In this document: positions 51,592-57,089 of the stretch, piece after piece
Position numbering within the stretch: the stretch's first letter is position 1
Layout of the letters: each line of letters begins with the position of its first letter
Source of the DNA: Girardia tigrina
Taxonomy: Eukaryota
Direction: 5' to 3'
Length of the DNA stretch: 57,089 nucleotides
Assembly: GCA_001938485.1 (NCBI GenBank)
Contig: MQRK01217690.1
Coordinates: 1 to 57,089, forward strand
The notes under the pieces: generated by a model
Told to the model about the DNA's origin: nothing
Seen by the model: only the letters and a program-made list of their open reading frames with translations
Databases searched by the model: none
Program-made: the position numbers and the translations under genes

Positions 51592-52747
51592 AAGTGCTTC
51601 CAACGGGTTTTTTACTTGTTTTGCGACATGTGGCCGAGCATTGTCATGGAGCAAAATCACTGTGTACTGTTTGTTGGCTGGAATAGGACGTTTTTCCTTC
51701 AATGCATCGTTCAATTTCAATAACTGTTGTTGGTAACGTTCTGCATTAACAGTTTCATTCGAATTCAGCAGCTCATAGTACAGTACACCTTTCTGATCCG
51801 ACCAAATGCACAACATAACATTGCTTCCATGAATGTTTCTTTTTGCTGTTGACGTGGACGGTTCGCCGGGATGAACCCACGATTTCTTGCGTTTAGAGTT
51901 AATTTAATAAATCCATTTTTCATCTCCAGTTACAATATTATGCAAAAACGACCATCTTCGTTGTCTTGTAAGCAATAAATTGAATATCAGTAATCAACTT
52001 TCAATGTTGAGTTGATTCAATTCATGTGGTATCCATTTTCCTTCTTTTTGAATCATTTTCATAGAATGTAGACGTTTACTTATGGCTGCTTGAGTAACAT
52101 TTAACTGTTTTGCAGGATCTTTCTCTATTTGAGTAGAATCTTCCTTCAGTAATGATTCCAAATCTTCATCTTCAAATCTTTTTGGTTGAACGGAACGCTC
52201 TTTGTCATTTACGTCGAAATCTCCACTTTTGAAACGTTTATACCAGTTCTCGCAAGTCTGTTGAGTTGATGCATGTTGACCATAAGTTTCTTCAAAGAGC
52301 CGAAAACTGTCTGCAGCTTTTTTCTTTTGATTAAAGCAAAACAGTAGTGCTTCCCCCAAATGCTGTTTTGTTGGTATGAAAGTTCTCATACTAAAACGTG
52401 ATTAAAAATATGTTTATGAAGCATTTAAGGTCAATGACCTACTTAATTTTAATGCCTCGATTTCAGCACTTTAAAAATCAGTACGTACGACTGTAAAATA
52501 ATGCTTATTATACAAAGGTTACACCATCTCTGAGAAAATCCAAAAAACTAAGTTATACACCTAATACTTTATAAATTTTTCAATGCTTCAATGTCGTAAT
52601 GCATCAGATACAATGCATTAATGGTTTAATCATAAGTTGCAAAAGGATCTACGTATTCTATTAATGATAAATTCATAAAAATTCTTTTTATTTAATATTA
52701 TTTAGGTTTTTAATTTACTAAATAATTTCCTATTATTATTTCAGGTA

Positions 52748-54307
52748 ATGAGCTCAATTACATTTTCCAAAGCATTTTTGCTATACGCTCAATGTATTCT
52801 GGTTTCAAGTGCATATAATTCAAATGCTGAATATAGTCATGAAAGCAAAAAACCAATATGTCCTCCAGTTTGTAATCAAATGGCTTGTGCTATGGGTATC
52901 CTTACTTGTTCAGAAGCTGGTTTATCCGAAATACCAAAACGACTTCCACCAGGAACAACTAAAATCTTATTGATAAATCAAGACTTTTCTGAAGCTGGAA
53001 CTCTTTCTCATTATAATCTTAGTGAATATAGTTCATACAAACATAATATAACAAAAATTACTATTCAAAATTGTTCCCTATTAGCAATTAAACCAGGAGC
53101 CTTTTCAAAAATCATACTTCTTCAAACATTAGATCTTTCTTTTAATAAAATTTCGTCAATAGAACCCTTTACTTTTCTAGATTTAAAGTTAAAGTTTTTG
53201 AGACTTGATGGAAACGAAAAACTGAAGCTAAATGTAGATTCTTTTAAAGGTCTTGAAGTTTTGTCTCTATCATTAATCGGTTGTCAATTAACACATTTGC
53301 CTTTTTCAATTCTAGAACCGATCTCTTACAATTTAACAAGACTTATGTTGACCCGAAATCATTTTACGACGCTTGAATCAAAATATGAAACCTTATTCCA
53401 ACAATTAACAGTTTTCGGGTTGGCCGACAACCGATTTGACTGCAGTCAATGTTCACTACTTTGGATGACAAATAGTATGAAGTCGAGATTTTATAGAAAT
53501 CAAGACAAAGATTCTCAAACCATGATATATCCTCGATGTTATCATCCTTATAAGTTGAAAGATAAACCAATCCACACTCTTACAATATCCGATTTTCAAT
53601 GTCCGAAACCGTCCATTGAAAAGATAAGCATCTTCATCCTTCCAAACAATACTGCCCAATTGATATGTACAGCATCCGATTTACAATCCACTGTTATTTG
53701 GAGTAAAATTATCGGATCAAGAAAACGTTTTTCTCCTCAAAGACAAAAAATTGACCTGTCGGAATCGTCTCACACCAATATATTACATATTGATCAAAAT
53801 CAAGATGTGGATATATTTTTGTGCACAGTGACAAGTCTCATTGGTAATTCTTCTAGTACCAGACTACAAATATCATGGCCGAAATATAAAATGCATTTAC
53901 AAACATATAATAATACTAAAAAGTCTCCTTGGAATGAACCTTACACCCCGATTCCTGAAGAAAAGTACTCAAAAAATTATTTTTTCCAACCGCAATTTTC
54001 TTTAATTGAAATGATTTCCGGTGTCGTCGGTACGTTCATAGCAACGTTAATCGTATTTATAACCATGCTACGGTGTATTTTCTATCGGATTAGACTTTTT
54101 TCGAAAAATTCTCAACTAAGAGACCATCAGTTAAGTCTAACGAATTCGAAAAAAGACAAAAGAAAACAATACATGACATATGAACCCCCAATCTATTCTG
54201 ATAGTCAAACCTATGACATTCCAAATTTGCCTGTAAATCAGTCAACCCTTGGACATTTTATCGATTTTAAAACTCAACAAACATTGTACGGGGAGAAAAA
54301 CCAATGA
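52748..54307 (+). CDS. LRR and Ig-domain type I transmembrane protein (LIG-like), 519 aa
   Basis: Signal peptide; LRRNT CPPVC..C..C; LRRs such as LQTLDLSFNKISSI; LRRCT NRFDC..C..RC..C; Ig-like LICTA..W..FLC; TM ISGVVGTFIATLIVFITML; Tyr-containing tail; acceptor-like TTTCAG 3 nt upstream of the ATG. Confidence 0.92.
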   Translation: MSSITFSKAFLLYAQCILVSSAYNSNAEYSHESKKPICPPVCNQMACAMGILTCSEAGLSEIPKRLPPGTTKILLINQDFSEAGTLSHYNLSEYSSYKHNITKITIQNCSLLAIKPGAFSKIILLQTLDLSFNKISSIEPFTFLDLKLKFLRLDGNEKLKLNVDSFKGLEVLSLSLIGCQLTHLPFSILEPISYNLTRLMLTRNHFTTLESKYETLFQQLTVFGLADNRFDCSQCSLLWMTNSMKSRFYRNQDKDSQTMIYPRCYHPYKLKDKPIHTLTISDFQCPKPSIEKISIFILPNNTAQLICTASDLQSTVIWSKIIGSRKRFSPQRQKIDLSESSHTNILHIDQNQDVDIFLCTVTSLIGNSSSTRLQISWPKYKMHLQTYNNTKKSPWNEPYTPIPEEKYSKNYFFQPQFSLIEMISGVVGTFIATLIVFITMLRCIFYRIRLFSKNSQLRDHQLSLTNSKKDKRKQYMTYEPPIYSDSQTYDIPNLPVNQSTLGHFIDFKTQQTLYGEKNQ

Positions 54308-54824
54308 AGAAGACAAAAGTTTATACGAGATTTCTTGGGGTTTTTTTCTTAATTCACTGAAAACGAAAAATTATCATTTGTAGTTTCGAAACATTTATCA
54401 TTAAAATTCCTTTGAGTTCTAAATTATAAAATTGATCTTTTTTATTTAATGTAAAATAATGGGAGAGTTTTTTGGTGAAAAAAATATCTAAAATTTGACA
54501 GTTTTGTCACTTATTAATTTTTTATATCATATTCGAAAGTATAATCAAACTTTTAATTGGGAAATTGTTTTGCTTTTATAAGACGAAAAAAAACAACAAC
54601 ATAATTGTCTTTTAATTAAATTTAATTCCAAATAAACTCTTGAAGAATTTATTAATTTCTTTTTCTTTTTCAATGGAAAATAATTATTTATTGAAAATTT
54701 ATAATTTTGAGAATTTAATTTTTAATAGTGTTTATTTTTTCCAAAAACTAATAATTATTAATTGTCATAATTCTTTTATTAAAATTAATTAATAATTAAT
54801 TTTACTTACTAGAGATAAAAATAA

Positions 54825-54862
54825 GACGACTCATTTCCAGATAACAATCTCATCATCAAGTC
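54825..54862 (-). ncRNA. degenerate minimal hammerhead motif (same family as 13873)
   Basis: gac-TTGATGA-t-gagat(tgtt)atctg-GAAA-tgag-TC-gtc-ttatttttatc. Confidence 0.55.
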
Positions 54863-55059
54863 AATTCACATAATGTATTAAATTAACATATATACGGAAC
54901 TATGCAATAAATAAAAAATTTCTTATAAAGATTTTATTTTACGATGTTTATATTTTGACGAAAAAATCAATAACTTTGTGAACGATTCCTGAAGAATGAA
55001 AACGTTCAAAATGTATGTTTTCGGTGTGGGATTGTCTTCCACTGACCGAATGTGTTTAC

Positions 55060-57089
55060 AAAATTTTATTATCATAAAACAATTAGAAAATTAGGGTCAC
55101 AGAGGACCACAGAGAAAAGGCCGTTTTAGACTACATCGTCTTTTAAACGTCCAGTGATTGAATTCGTTCCAGGATTGAGTTGGTAGGCGTATCCTTGGAG
55201 CAGGGATTGTAGCAGAGAATGTTGTGCTTCGCCCAAGTTGATGCGCAGTGTTTGATGTTGGAGATTACACATCTTCTCCTGAGACTATTGATTGCGGTTT
55301 CGGATAACTTCAAATCCCCTAGTACGTCGTTGTTCTTTTCCGACCAGAATCCGAGACATCCTACGACAATAGTCCCAAGTTTAATGTTCCATCCTCGGTA
55401 TTTGGCTTTAGCTTCTTTTTCCAGGGGCTCATACTTGGTTTCTTTGAGTTCTCTTGTAGATTTGAGGTTTTCAGTCTCGTCATACGAAGTTTTGATATCA
55501 AGTAGCCATAGAGTTCTTCCTCCTGTGTTTTTGGCTTGGATATCTATTCTTTTGGTTGAAGTTGAGAAGTCGCTTTGTTCATCATTCTTGATTTCGTAGT
55601 AGGGCATTTCGAAATCAATAGCTTCGATAACAAGGTCAACTACTGCATTGTGTCGTGCTACATGTTCATGTTGCAGCGACACAGAACATGCATTTGTGTT
55701 TCGGCATATTGTCGACATGCTCTACAGAGTGTATGTTCCCTTGATTTCCCTGGTTTAAAGTTGACAGGCATGTTTCCTGTTCGAGCTTGATGGATGAATC
55801 GCCATTCTGTTGCAGTGAGGCTTCCATCATGTAATACCTGGCTGGATATTTTGTTTTTGCTCTGAGCATCAGCCGATCTACCAGCATTTGCTTGTCTTGA
55901 CCAATCCACAAATTTCTGGTGACGATATAGTCTGTGAAATTGGAAGGATAGAGTTTTCTTGTTTGCGGCAGATATTGTCAGCGATTCTTTGGATGATTTG
56001 ATATTTAAACATATGCCTAGATGGTGGTCATGGAGAAAGCGTGTTTGTATACCAATCTTGTCCAAGTATCTAATGTTGTTTCTTACTTTTGTCCACCAAG
56101 ATTCGATTCCATTTTCTCAATCACCTTCATTTAGCCAATCCATCATTTCATTGGTAGTTCTGTCTGGATTGTTCTTTTTCTTTTTGTTCTTTTTTGTTTT
56201 TTTAAGTGTATTGTTGAGATTGATCAGTGTCAATTCGGCTACCTTTAAATCTTCACAGGTTAGTTCCTGAACGCCTGGATGATTGATTGTATGGCATATT
56301 CATCGCGGGTTTCAACGAGTCCGAGTCCGCCATATTCTTTCCCAGCATAGAGATAGTCATTGGAGGCTGTTGGCTGAAGTCCGCATATAGACTTTATGAT
56401 CTTTCTGATTTCTATGTCAAGACCGTAGTCAAAGACTTTGTTCTTGACGTCTGCATGACCATATTTGGGAAGTTCTCTATTCGTAATATTGTAATTTCGG
56501 AATGAGAATATCAGGCGGGAATGAATGAAGACTTTGTATGCGTCTAATTTTTGCCACGAGTCAAGAGATGAGCTGGCAATCTTTTTCATATCGTTGACGA
56601 TACCCCTGAATAGTTCGGTGGGTGAACTTTTTGTTTTTCTTGTAAAGTCTACCCCCAGGTATCTATATCCCTTCTCGTCGTCCACTATCGGGATTTCTTC
56701 TTTATAGATGAAGATTTTTTCATTCGCCTTTGTCGTTGATAGATAGCCGGATTTACTCGGGTTAAATGTCATTGATGTCCAGGAAGCCCATTTGAAGGCA
56801 CTGTTGACCATTTCTTGGAGGCCTTCATTGGTGTTGGAGATCAGGACAATATCGTCGGCATAGGCTAGACATGAAATTTTGATGTCTCTGATCGTGATCC
56901 CAGAGTCTGAGGAGTTGTAAATCTCTGTTAAGATTGGATCAATACCGATGTTGAAGAGTAACATTGATAATGGGCATCCCTGTCGAACCCCTCTGTTAAT
57001 TGGTATAGCTTGAATTGAGCGGTCATTACAGGAATATTCGGATGTGTTGTCCGTGTAGATCTGACGTATTAGGTCACAGGATTTGGAGT
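55060..57089 (-). mobile_element. non-LTR retrotransposon with restriction-like endonuclease (NeSL/R2/R4 group), 3' part, frameshifted
   Basis: RT GVRQGCPLSMLLFNI, LAYADD, YRYLG; CCHC CRAC..ETQMHVLCRC; RHNAVV; RID..LDIK endonuclease-like motif; AATAAA near 55066-55071. Confidence 0.92.

Larger units (their letters stand above)
50159..52564 (-). mobile_element. mariner (DD34D) transposon interrupted by an insertion
   Basis: TA|TTAGGTGTATAACTTAGTTTT TIRs at both ends; WIPHEL, VTGDEKW, LLHDNARPH, YSPDCALSDYHLF. Confidence 0.95.

Noticed and set aside
54985-55020. CTGAAGA...TTCAAAA possible hammerhead
   Set aside because: No GAAA core after the stem and no convincing stem I.

Overview
Very AT-rich eukaryotic (metazoan) scaffold region with several assembly gaps. 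Composition and repeat types suggest a planarian flatworm, but this is inference only. There is one convincing host gene, a single-coding-exon LRR-Ig type I membrane protein at 52748-54307. The rest is a dense, nested set of decayed transposons: three Ty3/Gypsy families, about ten copies of a TGTGAGG-start LTR group, a BEL/Pao element, Penelope-like fragments with minimal hammerhead ribozymes, mariner, Tigger/pogo, hAT-Buster, piggyBac-like and Tc1-like MITEs, and the 3' part of an RLE-type (NeSL/R2/R4-like) non-LTR element. Main unexplained signals: (1) divergent LTRs all end in a Cys-rich ORF of about 32 codons whose ATG lies about 97 nt from the LTR end, usually in phase with a gag ATG formed at the LTR/PBS junction; (2) a GC-rich, multibranch structured-RNA candidate at 9225-9390; (3) four hammerhead motifs; (4) a U1 snRNA-like fragment inside an unclassified insertion with a 7-bp TSD. 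All calls come from reading the sequence by eye; no database searches were run.
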